From positions 23,031 through 87,030 of the forward strand of contig JAZRYY010000037.1 of assembly GCA_045600985.1 (NCBI GenBank): a stretch of DNA of 64,000 bases, read 5' to 3'. The number at the start of each line of letters is the position of its first letter. The stretch's first letter is position 1. The stretch comes from Paludibacteraceae bacterium. Lineage in GTDB: Bacteria; Bacteroidota; Bacteroidia; Bacteroidales; Paludibacteraceae. The notes under the pieces were generated by a model. The model saw nothing but the letters and a program-made list of their open reading frames with translations, was not told where the DNA came from and made no database searches. Below are positions 28,208-36,951 of the stretch, piece by piece. Both the position numbers and the translations under genes were made by a program.

Positions 28208-28582
28208 ATGAGAAGTATGAAAAAATATCTCTGTGAGCACGTAGCTCTGGTGCTGTTGTTTTTTGCGATGATGCCACTCTCTTCAATGGCGCAGAATGTC
28301 TATTCTACCGACCATTCTTATCAGGCCGACGTAGAAGTGTACGTTGTCGACCATGAGTATCAGGCCGATTTACTGGTATATAAGGTCGACTACGAATATC
28401 AGGCCAAAGGAAATGAAGGCAAGTGGTATTTCGTGGAACATGAATACCAATCCGACGTGAATATCCACTTTGTAGATCACGAATACCAGGCCGACCTGAA
28501 TGTCTATTTCGTCAAGGAAGAATACAGGGCCGGTTGGAAAGATACATCAAAGAAGCACCTGCTTGACGGCAAAAAGAAATAA
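28208..28582 (+). CDS. Secreted repeat protein with five (D/E)HxYQ(A/S)D...V(Y/H)xV repeats
   Basis: Signal peptide ending SSMAQN. Repeats DHSYQADVEVYVV, DHEYQADLLVYKV, DYEYQAKG..WYFV, EHEYQSDVNIHFV, DHEYQADLNVYFV. Confidence 0.6.
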   Translation: MRSMKKYLCEHVALVLLFFAMMPLSSMAQNVYSTDHSYQADVEVYVVDHEYQADLLVYKVDYEYQAKGNEGKWYFVEHEYQSDVNIHFVDHEYQADLNVYFVKEEYRAGWKDTSKKHLLDGKKK

Positions 28583-28618
28583 TCTGCCAATATCAAAGCG
28601 AGAAGCAATTCCAATTCT

Positions 28619-29623
28619 TTATTTTCTGCGGAACTCGGCAAGAATGACGGCCGTGGCGATGGCGACGTTCAAAGATTCAACGCGAATCTTTGAACTGTTC
28701 AAAGGCTCTGCAGGTTTCCCTTCGACATGCTCAGGGCAGGCATCCGCAGCTGGAGTTGCTGGTTTCAGGGTTTCAGTTGGTTTCAGAGTTTCAGGGGATT
28801 GGAAGGATGGAATGAAGAGCGGGTGGGTGATGAGGGTGCGCACTTCGGGCGAGATACCGTTGCCTTCGTTGCCCATGATGATAATGCCGTTCTGCTTCTG
28901 AGGAATGGCCCCCGGAGTATACATGTTAACGCCATCGAGGAGCGTGCCATAGATGGGGAGAGGGTGCCTCTCTAACTCCCCTTGGGGGAGAGTGCTTTTG
29001 CAGAAAGTTGGGGAGGCGGCACGGGAGGCGGCGCAACCTCGTTGCTCGCCTATCCATTCTACGAGATTCACGTAGTGAAGACGAACGCGGGCGAGTGCTC
29101 CCATCGTGGCCTGCACCACCTTCGGGTTCCAGCAGTCGGCCGTGTCGTGCGAGCAAACGATATGGCGGATGCCAAACCAATCCGCTGTGCGAATAATCGT
29201 ACCCAGATTGCCGGGGTCCTGCACGCCGTCGAGAACGAGAACGAGCTCGTTTTGAGGATCGGGAAGAGTGGCTGTTGAGTCGCTCTTGTGTCGCTGGAAG
29301 ACCGCTATCATGCCTTGTGGCGTCCTCATGCTCGACATTTGTTCAATTTCCGTTTCCGTTGCTTCAAAGATGAGGTCTCGCTGAGGTCTCGCTGAAGTCT
29401 CGCTGAGGTCTCGCGCAACTGCTGCTATTGAGTCTACTATGGGTCTACTATGTGTCCACGTATCGTCCACGTTGGAAAAGACCAACATTTTGAGCGGGAA
29501 GTGCTCAATAAGTTCTTCGATACATTTGTGGCCTTCGGCTACAAAAACTCCCTCTGCGTCGCGCACCTTTTTTTGCTGCAGACTGCGGATATATTTGACC
29601 TGATTTTTGCTGATGTGTTGCAT
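28619..29623 (-). CDS. SpoU/TrmH family RNA 2'-O-methyltransferase carrying three in-frame low-complexity insertions
   Basis: LVLDGVQDPGNLGTIIRTADWFG, IIIMGNEGNGIS and ESLNVAIATAVILAEF motifs. At 334 aa it is longer than the usual roughly 240-270 aa. Confidence 0.8.
   Translation of the reverse strand: MQHISKNQVKYIRSLQQKKVRDAEGVFVAEGHKCIEELIEHFPLKMLVFSNVDDTWTHSRPIVDSIAAVARDLSETSARPQRDLIFEATETEIEQMSSMRTPQGMIAVFQRHKSDSTATLPDPQNELVLVLDGVQDPGNLGTIIRTADWFGIRHIVCSHDTADCWNPKVVQATMGALARVRLHYVNLVEWIGEQRGCAASRAASPTFCKSTLPQGELERHPLPIYGTLLDGVNMYTPGAIPQKQNGIIIMGNEGNGISPEVRTLITHPLFIPSFQSPETLKPTETLKPATPAADACPEHVEGKPAEPLNSSKIRVESLNVAIATAVILAEFRRK
28761..28796 (-). repeat. CTGAAAC-family stutter repeat inside the trmH-like CDS (peptide PETLKPTETLKP)
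   Basis: Plus strand reads ggtttcagggtttcagttggtttcagagtttcagg. Positions 28779-28795 are the exact reverse complement of 63676-63692. Confidence 0.85.
29011..29034 (-). repeat. Stutter repeat gggaggcggcRc x2 inside the trmH-like CDS
   Basis: Reads gggaggcggcac gggaggcggcgc. It lies in the segment encoding GCAASRAASP. Confidence 0.75.
29372..29415 (-). repeat. Tandem 11-bp repeat gaggtctcgct x4 inside the trmH-like CDS (peptide RDLSETSARPQRDL)
   Basis: Four consecutive 11-bp units with 1-nt variants. This is the reverse complement of the gagcgagacct family seen at 12690. Confidence 0.9.
29430..29473 (-). repeat. Two adjacent 11-bp stutter pairs (gtctactatgg x2, gtccacgtatc x2) inside the trmH-like CDS
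   Basis: Reads gagtctactatgggtctactatgtgtccacgtatcgtccacgtt. Confidence 0.8.
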
Positions 29624-29679
29624 AAATGATGAAAATATGCTGCAAAAGTACTAAAATATTTGCATATATGCAAAATAAA

Positions 29680-29711
29680 TTTGCGTATTTCAAAAAAAAG
29701 TAGTAATTTTG
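29680..29711 (+). promoter_or_regulatory. Bacteroidota-type promoter for the BamA-like gene
   Basis: TTTG at 29680-29683 and TAATTTTG at 29704-29711, within tttgcgtatttcaaaaaaaagtagtaattttg. Confidence 0.65.
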
Positions 29712-29725
29712 TGGCATGTTTTATT

Positions 29726-32011
29726 ATGCGTAAATGCGTCCGTATCATATTATTTGTAGCGATTGTGCTCATGGCGTCGGCCTGCAGCACCACGAAGTTT
29801 GTGCCAGAAGATAAATATCTGCTGAATAAAGCTCGTGTGCAAGTGACGGATCGCAAGGCTGTGAACGAGCGCCATCGCAAGCATGAGGAAGCGCTTGATG
29901 GGGATGCGTTGGCCGATAAGATGAGAGGTTATCTCCGCCAGAAGAACAATTCCGAGATTCTGGGTTTCTGGAAATTGCAGTTGCAGATTTATTCCACAGC
30001 GAGCCGTGACACCAGCAAGCAGCAGGCCAAGAATGCGATGAAGATGGGCGAGGCACCTGAGATTTTTAATCCGGAGCTGGCCGATATTTCCGTGCGCCAA
30101 ATCAAGCAGGGCATGCGCAATAGCGGCTATTATGACGCCACGGTGGATACTACGATGAAAGTGCGCAAGCGCAAATTGGCTTTGACGTACCACGTAACGG
30201 CCAATGAACCTTATATGATTTCTGAGTACAACGTGCATCTGCAGCAAAGCGATTTGCATCGTTTGGCTACGGAACATGGCGTCACTATTCATCCGGATAT
30301 GATCTTCGATAGCGAACTGCTGAACGCCGAACGTGAGCGAATCACGGCGGGTATGCGCCGTCGTGGGTACTACTATTTCGAGAAAGATCTGCTGCATTTC
30401 CGCGCGGATTCGGCCTTTGGCAATCACACCGTGAGAGTGGGATTGGAGTTGCCGTCCTACGTGCGAACGGCTCCTGATAGTATTCAGCAGCGTATTTTCA
30501 CCCGCTATAAGATTCGCCGCATTCATTATCTGACGGATTTTGATATGACGCAACGTCCCGATACGTCGGTCGTGTACGTGAAAGTGATTGACGGTTGCTC
30601 GTTTGCTCATGTGGGCAATCGTCTGCTTCGGGAAAAAGTGTTGATGCGCAATACGGCTTTTGCGCCGGGCGATTATTATAATGCTGCTCGCGTGGAGCGA
30701 ACCTATTCGGCTTTGACGGCTTTGGGCCCTGTGAAATATGTGGACATCAGTTTTGAGCAGGTGGGAGATGATGAACTGGATTGCTTTATCGTGCTTTCCC
30801 GCAGCAAACTAAATAGCGTGTCAGCCGAATTGGAGGGCACATATTCCGCAGGTGATTGGGGTATAGCTGCCGGAGTGGGGTATGCCAATAAGAATCTGTT
30901 CCGCGGCGCCGAAGAGCTCAGATTGAGCGGCTATGGTTCCTATGAGTGGCGTCAAAACGGCGGTCGTGCCATAGAAGCCAAAGCCGAAGCGTCGATCCAG
31001 TTTACGAATGCTCCCAAAGTGTCGGTGGGCTATAGATACCAGAACCGTCCGGACGAGTTTACGCGTACGGTGGCCAATGCTTCGCTTTCGTATACGCTTA
31101 GCCCATACGGACGACGCATGACGCACATCTTCAATTTTCTGGATATCTCATATGTGTATCTGCCATGGATAAGTGACGCTTTCCGCGATCGATTCCTGCA
31201 GCCAACCAATCTGCTTAAATCGTCGTACGAAGATCACTTCATCATGGATTGGTCGTATGCGGGCACGTATTCATCTTATTCACAACGCAATCCATACCGC
31301 AGTTATGGTACGTTTGGCTATCAGATAGAAACGGCAGGTAATGTGTTGTATGGCCTATCTCATCTGGCACATCTGCCCAAAGATGAGGATGGCGCGTATC
31401 GCATCTTCAATATCCGCTATGCCCAATACGTGAAGGCAGATTTCAATTTTGCCTACCACGAGATTTTTGCGAGGAACCATCGTCTGGTGTATCATGCAGC
31501 GTTGGGTGTGGCCATTCCATTTGGCAACGCGAATGCCATTCCTTTTGAAAAGCGTTATTTTGCCGGTGGTGCGAATAGCGTGCGCGGCTGGCAGGTGCGT
31601 TCGTTGGGTCCTGGCAGTTATCGCGGTGTGAGCGATCGTATCGACTACAACAGTCAGGTGGGCGATATCAAGCTCGATCTTAATCTGGAGTATCGCTGGC
31701 ACGTGATTTCCGTGCTGGAACTGGCGGCGTTCACAGATGCCGGCAACGTGTGGACTTTCAATGATTATCCGTCACAGCCGTACGGACAATTTAAGTTCAA
31801 CGAATTTTATAAGCAGATAGCCTGGTCGTATGGCGTGGGTGTGCGTTTGGATCTGTCGTTCTTTGTGTTCCGTGTGGATATGGGTGTGAAGCTCTACGAT
31901 CCTTCCTATCTCTATTCCGAAACGCCGGAGAAAGTGTGGCGAACGGCAAGCAATGGGCTGGGATGGAAGAACGATTTCACGTTCCATTTCGCCATTGGCT
32001 ACCCATTTTAA
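29726..32011 (+). CDS. BamA/TamA (Omp85, surface antigen D15) family outer-membrane protein
   Basis: Start placed after the promoter at MRKCVRIILFVAIVLMASAC. C-terminal beta-barrel region ends in FHFAIGYPF (terminal Phe beta-signal). FAGGANSVRGW motif present. Confidence 0.75.
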   Translation: MRKCVRIILFVAIVLMASACSTTKFVPEDKYLLNKARVQVTDRKAVNERHRKHEEALDGDALADKMRGYLRQKNNSEILGFWKLQLQIYSTASRDTSKQQAKNAMKMGEAPEIFNPELADISVRQIKQGMRNSGYYDATVDTTMKVRKRKLALTYHVTANEPYMISEYNVHLQQSDLHRLATEHGVTIHPDMIFDSELLNAERERITAGMRRRGYYYFEKDLLHFRADSAFGNHTVRVGLELPSYVRTAPDSIQQRIFTRYKIRRIHYLTDFDMTQRPDTSVVYVKVIDGCSFAHVGNRLLREKVLMRNTAFAPGDYYNAARVERTYSALTALGPVKYVDISFEQVGDDELDCFIVLSRSKLNSVSAELEGTYSAGDWGIAAGVGYANKNLFRGAEELRLSGYGSYEWRQNGGRAIEAKAEASIQFTNAPKVSVGYRYQNRPDEFTRTVANASLSYTLSPYGRRMTHIFNFLDISYVYLPWISDAFRDRFLQPTNLLKSSYEDHFIMDWSYAGTYSSYSQRNPYRSYGTFGYQIETAGNVLYGLSHLAHLPKDEDGAYRIFNIRYAQYVKADFNFAYHEIFARNHRLVYHAALGVAIPFGNANAIPFEKRYFAGGANSVRGWQVRSLGPGSYRGVSDRIDYNSQVGDIKLDLNLEYRWHVISVLELAAFTDAGNVWTFNDYPSQPYGQFKFNEFYKQIAWSYGVGVRLDLSFFVFRVDMGVKLYDPSYLYSETPEKVWRTASNGLGWKNDFTFHFAIGYPF

Positions 32012-32122
32012 CTCTTAATCTTTGAATCTTGTGCCCTTTTGTTCAGTTATGTATTTCGGTACACTCCTTCGCGGAAAGAGCACAATCTCCTAAAGATAAA
32101 GCAGTAATAAACAATAGACAGT

Positions 32123-32719
32123 ATGCTCAAACCATATATGATAAAAGGAGTAGCGGAAGCGGGCTGCGATGAGGCGGGACGTGGACCTTTAGCGGGAAGC
32201 GTATTTGCGGCGGCCGTTATTCTGCCGGCAAGCTTCAGAAACGAACTGCTGAACGATTCCAAGCAGCTTACTGAGAAGCAACGGTATGCTTTGCGCCCAA
32301 TCATAGAGCAAGAGGCAATAGCATGGGCGGTGGCAGAAGTGACGGCAGAAGAGATAGATCGCTATAATATTCTCCAATCGTCGATTCTCGGCATTCAACG
32401 GGCCTTGGCGCAGTTGAAGGTTAGGCCAGAACATATATTGGTGGATGGCAATAAATGGAAGCCCTATATCCCCGAAGGCGAACTGATGGCCATTCCAGCC
32501 GATACGGTGGTGCACGGGGACGCCACGTATATGTCGATTGCTGCGGCTTCCATTCTGGCCAAAACGTATCGCGACGATTATATGCTCCGCTTGCATGAGG
32601 AATTTCCACAGTACGGATGGGCAGAAAACAAAGGTTATCCCACGGCCAAACATTATGAGGCATTACGCCAGTTTGGCCCAACACCCTATCATAGAACTAC
32701 ATTTAATCTTAAAATATAA
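32123..32719 (+). CDS. rnhB: Ribonuclease HII
   Basis: [21 protein letters not shown] active-site block. 198 aa. Confidence 0.9.
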   Translation: MLKPYMIKGVAEAGCDEAGRGPLAGSVFAAAVILPASFRNELLNDSKQLTEKQRYALRPIIEQEAIAWAVAEVTAEEIDRYNILQSSILGIQRALAQLKVRPEHILVDGNKWKPYIPEGELMAIPADTVVHGDATYMSIAAASILAKTYRDDYMLRLHEEFPQYGWAENKGYPTAKHYEALRQFGPTPYHRTTFNLKI

Positions 32720-33537
32720 TGGATTTTACGCTAAACAAATATAAGCAGTTGCTTCGTGCGTTGCACAATGGCGGATACGAGTTCGTAACGATGGAAGAAC
32801 TGGTGAAGCGTGTGGGCAAAAACAATGCTCCCTCAGACAACCATAAACCCCTCGTTTGCCTGCGCCATGACGTGGATAAGCGTGCGAAAAACTCGCTTCG
32901 TATGGCCAAACTGGAGGCTAAATGGGGCATTCGTGCCACCTATTATTTCCGTGTAACGAAAGATTCCAACAAAGAGGACGTGATTCGCCATATTGCCGCC
33001 ATGGGGCATGAGATTGGTTATCACTACGAAGATATGGCCATCTGCCATGGCGATACGGCTAAGGCTTATGAACATTTCCAGCAATGGTTGGGCTATTTCC
33101 GCCAGTTCTATCCCGTTTCCACCATCTGCATGCATGGTGCTCCCACCTCGGCATATGATGGTCGCGATCTTTGGAAAACGTATGATTATAAGCAATTGGG
33201 CATCGTGTGCGAACCATATCTGGATCTGGATTACTCCAAATTGCTGTATCTGACAGATACGGGACGTCGATGGGACGGCTATAACGTATCGCTTCGCGAT
33301 AAGATACCGCATTATCAGGATCAATGGACGCGTGAAGGTCTTACGTTCCACGAAACGGACGAGCTGATCGATTTTGTGGAGATTCCTCATGGAGCCGGCG
33401 ATAAGCAGTATAATCTGCTGCTCACCACTCATCCTCAGCGATGGTCGAAGTATAGGCATGAATGGTTGAGGGAACTACTCTCTCAGAAGGTGAAGAACAT
33501 AATTAAGAGCTTGTTGGTACTTTTAAAAGGAAAATAA
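32719..33537 (+). CDS. Polysaccharide deacetylase-like (NodB-fold) protein
   Basis: LRHDVD and HEIGYHYE metal-site-like motifs. The start overlaps the rnhB stop (TAATG). Confidence 0.45.
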   Translation: MDFTLNKYKQLLRALHNGGYEFVTMEELVKRVGKNNAPSDNHKPLVCLRHDVDKRAKNSLRMAKLEAKWGIRATYYFRVTKDSNKEDVIRHIAAMGHEIGYHYEDMAICHGDTAKAYEHFQQWLGYFRQFYPVSTICMHGAPTSAYDGRDLWKTYDYKQLGIVCEPYLDLDYSKLLYLTDTGRRWDGYNVSLRDKIPHYQDQWTREGLTFHETDELIDFVEIPHGAGDKQYNLLLTTHPQRWSKYRHEWLRELLSQKVKNIIKSLLVLLKGK

Positions 33538-33541
33538 AGAT

Positions 33542-35332
33542 ATGACAGATTTTTTTAAATATATTCTTGCCACGGTGTGTGGCCTCGTATTATTTGGCAT
33601 TTTTGCCGTGATTAGTATGGTTGTTTCTCTCGGCTCGATGGTAGCGATGTCTGAACCTGCAGAGACTGTTTTGAAAAACCATTCCGTATATCGCCTCAAT
33701 CTGGAAGGGGTGGTGTCGGAACGTGAAGAAGTGGATGAGTTGGCTCAACTCGTGGCCCTGATGGGCAACGACGACGCGAATACCTACGGCTTGAACGACC
33801 TGCTCGCCAATATCGATCGTGCCGCACAGGACGACCATATTGATGGCATTTATCTGAAGGGCGGAAGCCTGAGTATGGGTATTGCCACGGCGGAGCAGAT
33901 TCGCCAAGCGCTTCTGGAGTTCAAGGAGTCGGGTAAGTTTATCGTGGCATATGCCGATAGTTATGGCCAGCTCAATTATTATCTCGCATCGGTGGCTGAT
34001 TATATCATGCTCAATCCGGAAGGTTCTGTGGCATGGAATGGCCTTTCTGCCAATATTTCTTTCTATACGCGTTTGCTGGAGAAAATCGGCATAGAGATGC
34101 AGGTGGTGAAAGTGGGTACGTTCAAATCAGCCGTTGAGCCTTTTATCCTGACGGAGATGTCGGACGCCAATCGCCTGCAGATGCAGACGTACGTGGATAA
34201 TATCTGGAGTAATCTGCTCACAGACGTGAGCCTTTCGCGCCATCTTTCCGTTGAGGAGCTCGATTCCCTGGCCGATGAATATATGGGAATCAAGCCGCAG
34301 GAGGAATATGTGGCCACCCAACTCGTGGATACGCTTTGCTTTCTGCAAGATGTGGAATCGGTGCTTACTGCGCTTACCGGCACCAGCGATTATCATCTGG
34401 TATCGCATAGCGATATGTGCAATTTGCCGGCACTCAAGAATAAATCCAAGCATACGATTGCCGTGGTGTATGCAGAAGGCGATATCGTGGATGAGTCAAC
34501 GGGCTATGGCAACACAGCCATGATCGTGGGCGACGATTACGTGGGGCTTTTTAATGAATTGGCCGACGATGATGATATAGAGGCTGTCGTTCTTCGCGTC
34601 AATTCCGGCGGCGGTTCAGCATACGCTTCTGAGCAGATGCACCATGCTATGCAGCTTCTCAAAGAGAAGAAACCGGTGGTGGTAACGATGGGCGATTATG
34701 CGGCGTCGGGCGGCTACTATATGTCGTGCGGAGCGGATTATATCTATGCTTTGCCAACCACGTTGACGGGTTCGATTGGTATCTTTGGTTTGATCCCCTC
34801 TTATGGCGCTTTGGCCAATAAGATAGGTGTGGATTATGATGGCGTAAAAACCAACCGCCTCTCTGATTTGGAAGTGAATGCAGCTACGAAGGGCATGAAT
34901 GCTGAGGAAAGGGCATTGCTGCAGGCAGAAATCAATCGTGGCTACGATCTCTTTACGCGCCGTTGTGCCGAAGGGCGTGGCGTTTCGCAGGATGAGATTA
35001 AGAAAATTGCCGAAGGTCGTGTTTGGACGGGCGATGACGCCTTGCGTCTTGGCCTCATCGACGATCTGGGAGGCATGCAGGATGCCATCGATAAGGCAGC
35101 AGAACTGGCCCAACTGGAGGATTATAAGACGGTTACGTATCCCGAACCAAAGGATTGGTTGACCTCCCTGCTGGAAGACGCGGCCAATCTGGATGAGGAT
35201 CGAGTGCAGGCGCATTTGCAGCAATGGATGGGCGCCGATGCGTATGCCACCTATCGCTATTTCTCGCAATATAGCAAGCGTGGCTGCACCCTGCACGCCA
35301 GAATGCCGTATACTGTTTCCGTAATTCAATAA
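33542..35332 (+). CDS. sppA: Signal peptide peptidase SppA, 67K type
   Basis: N-terminal TM segment. Duplicated ClpP-like halves. NSGGGSAYASEQ and GDYAASGGYYM motifs. Confidence 0.85.
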   Translation: MTDFFKYILATVCGLVLFGIFAVISMVVSLGSMVAMSEPAETVLKNHSVYRLNLEGVVSEREEVDELAQLVALMGNDDANTYGLNDLLANIDRAAQDDHIDGIYLKGGSLSMGIATAEQIRQALLEFKESGKFIVAYADSYGQLNYYLASVADYIMLNPEGSVAWNGLSANISFYTRLLEKIGIEMQVVKVGTFKSAVEPFILTEMSDANRLQMQTYVDNIWSNLLTDVSLSRHLSVEELDSLADEYMGIKPQEEYVATQLVDTLCFLQDVESVLTALTGTSDYHLVSHSDMCNLPALKNKSKHTIAVVYAEGDIVDESTGYGNTAMIVGDDYVGLFNELADDDDIEAVVLRVNSGGGSAYASEQMHHAMQLLKEKKPVVVTMGDYAASGGYYMSCGADYIYALPTTLTGSIGIFGLIPSYGALANKIGVDYDGVKTNRLSDLEVNAATKGMNAEERALLQAEINRGYDLFTRRCAEGRGVSQDEIKKIAEGRVWTGDDALRLGLIDDLGGMQDAIDKAAELAQLEDYKTVTYPEPKDWLTSLLEDAANLDEDRVQAHLQQWMGADAYATYRYFSQYSKRGCTLHARMPYTVSVIQ

Positions 35333-35339
35333 GCATCTG

Positions 35340-36338
35340 GTGGGAGTAATCAAACGCATATTATCTTGGCTGTTTGGCTTGGGCGTATGGGTGAGGAATC
35401 TGTTCTTTGATGAACACCTCTTCTATGTGTATAAGCCCTCGGTACCGACAATCTGCGTCGGCAATCTTGCTGTGGGCGGAACGGGCAAAACGCCCCATGT
35501 GGAATATATCATTTCGCTGCTCACTCAGGCAGGCTACCATGTGGCGGTACTCTCGCGGGGCTACAAACGCAAAACGAAAGGCTTTGTGCTGGCGGACGCC
35601 AACGCTACGGCAGATACGATAGGCGATGAGGCACGCCAGGTGCAGATGCGTTTCCCGGAAGTGACGGTGGCTGTTTGCGAAAACAGGCATCGTGGTATTC
35701 GAAATATCATGAAGTTGCGCCAGGATACGGATATCATTATTCTGGACGACGCTTTCCAGCATCGCAGGGTGCGTTGCGGATTGAATATTCTCCTCACGCC
35801 TTTCGATCGATTATATGTGCACGATAATTTGCTGCCGTATGGCCGTTTGCGTGAACCGGCTCATGGGGCGGTACGTGCTGATGTGATTGTCGTAACGAAA
35901 TGTCCGGAAGGCATGAAACCCATCGATCGTCGCGTGATTATGAATCATCTCCAGCCGGCACCTTTTCAGGAACTGACGTTCTCGCATATCGCTTATCATG
36001 CTGAGTTGCCTGAAAAACTATACCTCTTCTCGGGAATTGCGCAGCCGCAGTATCTCTTGTCTTATCTCGGCAATCGCGTGCAGGCGTCTCTCCTTTTCCC
36101 TGATCATCATGCTTACACATCGGCTGATATGGCGAAGGTGGCGGAGACATTCACGAATGATTATCCCATTTTCACCACGGCCAAGGATTACGTCAAACTA
36201 ATCGATAATAATCTGCTTGCCGATGATCTTCGTGCACGCATTCGGATGCTGCCAATCACGGTGGAATTTAAGGAGGATGCAGAAACGTTCAATCGTATCA
36301 TCTTGCGCTACGCAAAAGAGAATAAAAGAAGACCGTAG
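35340..36338 (+). CDS. lpxK: Tetraacyldisaccharide 4'-kinase
   Basis: VGNLAVGGTGKTPHVEYI P-loop and ILDDAFQH motif. GTG start. Confidence 0.85.
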   Translation: MGVIKRILSWLFGLGVWVRNLFFDEHLFYVYKPSVPTICVGNLAVGGTGKTPHVEYIISLLTQAGYHVAVLSRGYKRKTKGFVLADANATADTIGDEARQVQMRFPEVTVAVCENRHRGIRNIMKLRQDTDIIILDDAFQHRRVRCGLNILLTPFDRLYVHDNLLPYGRLREPAHGAVRADVIVVTKCPEGMKPIDRRVIMNHLQPAPFQELTFSHIAYHAELPEKLYLFSGIAQPQYLLSYLGNRVQASLLFPDHHAYTSADMAKVAETFTNDYPIFTTAKDYVKLIDNNLLADDLRARIRMLPITVEFKEDAETFNRIILRYAKENKRRP

Positions 36339-36339
36339 A

Positions 36340-36951
36340 ATGTCTGCCGACGTAAATATATTGCTTTGGATAAACAGCCATCATACGGATGTGCTGGATA
36401 CTCTTATGTGGTACGCCACAAAAAAAGAGATATGGCTTCCGCTATATCTCCTTCTGACTGGGGTGATGGTGAACCATTTCAAAGCAGCAACTACAGGCCT
36501 GAAATGGAAAGATATGGCCTTCCTCCTTCTGCCTGTTCTTGCCGTGGCGGCTGCGGCAGGTTTGGCCGATTTTATCTCCTCCGGCGTGCTCAAACCGCTT
36601 ATTGAGCGTCCTCGTCCTTCGCGGGATGAATCGCTTGCCGATGTCCTTCGCATTCTCCACGATTATCGCGGCGGGCATTATGGTTTTCCTTCATCGCATG
36701 CCGCCGATACGATGGCCGTGGCCACTTCTTTCCTTTTGCTGATAAAGCGCACACATATCCGTCCACTATGGCTGAATATATGGCGCTTCATCCTTCTGGT
36801 TTACGTGGTGCTGAACTGCTATAGCCGCATGTATTTGGGCGTGCATTACCCAACCGACATTGCGGTGGGGTTGCTTATTGGTGCACTCACGGGCTGGGGT
36901 ATGGCATTCAGTTATGAAAAGCTATCTGCCCATCTGCAACGTCCACAATAA
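36340..36951 (+). CDS. PAP2-family lipid phosphatase
   Basis: PAP2 motifs [28 protein letters not shown]. The ATG lies 1 nt after the lpxK stop. The longer track ORF from 36217 overlaps lpxK and was rejected. Confidence 0.75.
   Translation: MSADVNILLWINSHHTDVLDTLMWYATKKEIWLPLYLLLTGVMVNHFKAATTGLKWKDMAFLLLPVLAVAAAAGLADFISSGVLKPLIERPRPSRDESLADVLRILHDYRGGHYGFPSSHAADTMAVATSFLLLIKRTHIRPLWLNIWRFILLVYVVLNCYSRMYLGVHYPTDIAVGLLIGALTGWGMAFSYEKLSAHLQRPQ

Noticed and set aside
29660-29725. Track start of the BamA-like ORF at 29660.
   Set aside because: A canonical TTTG...TAATTTTG promoter (29680-29711) lies inside this extension. The start at 29726 gives a normal lipoprotein/signal N-terminus.
36217-36339. 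Track start of the PAP2 ORF at 36217.
   Set aside because: The extension overlaps the 3' end of lpxK in another frame. The ATG at 36340 directly follows the lpxK stop and precedes the first TM segment.
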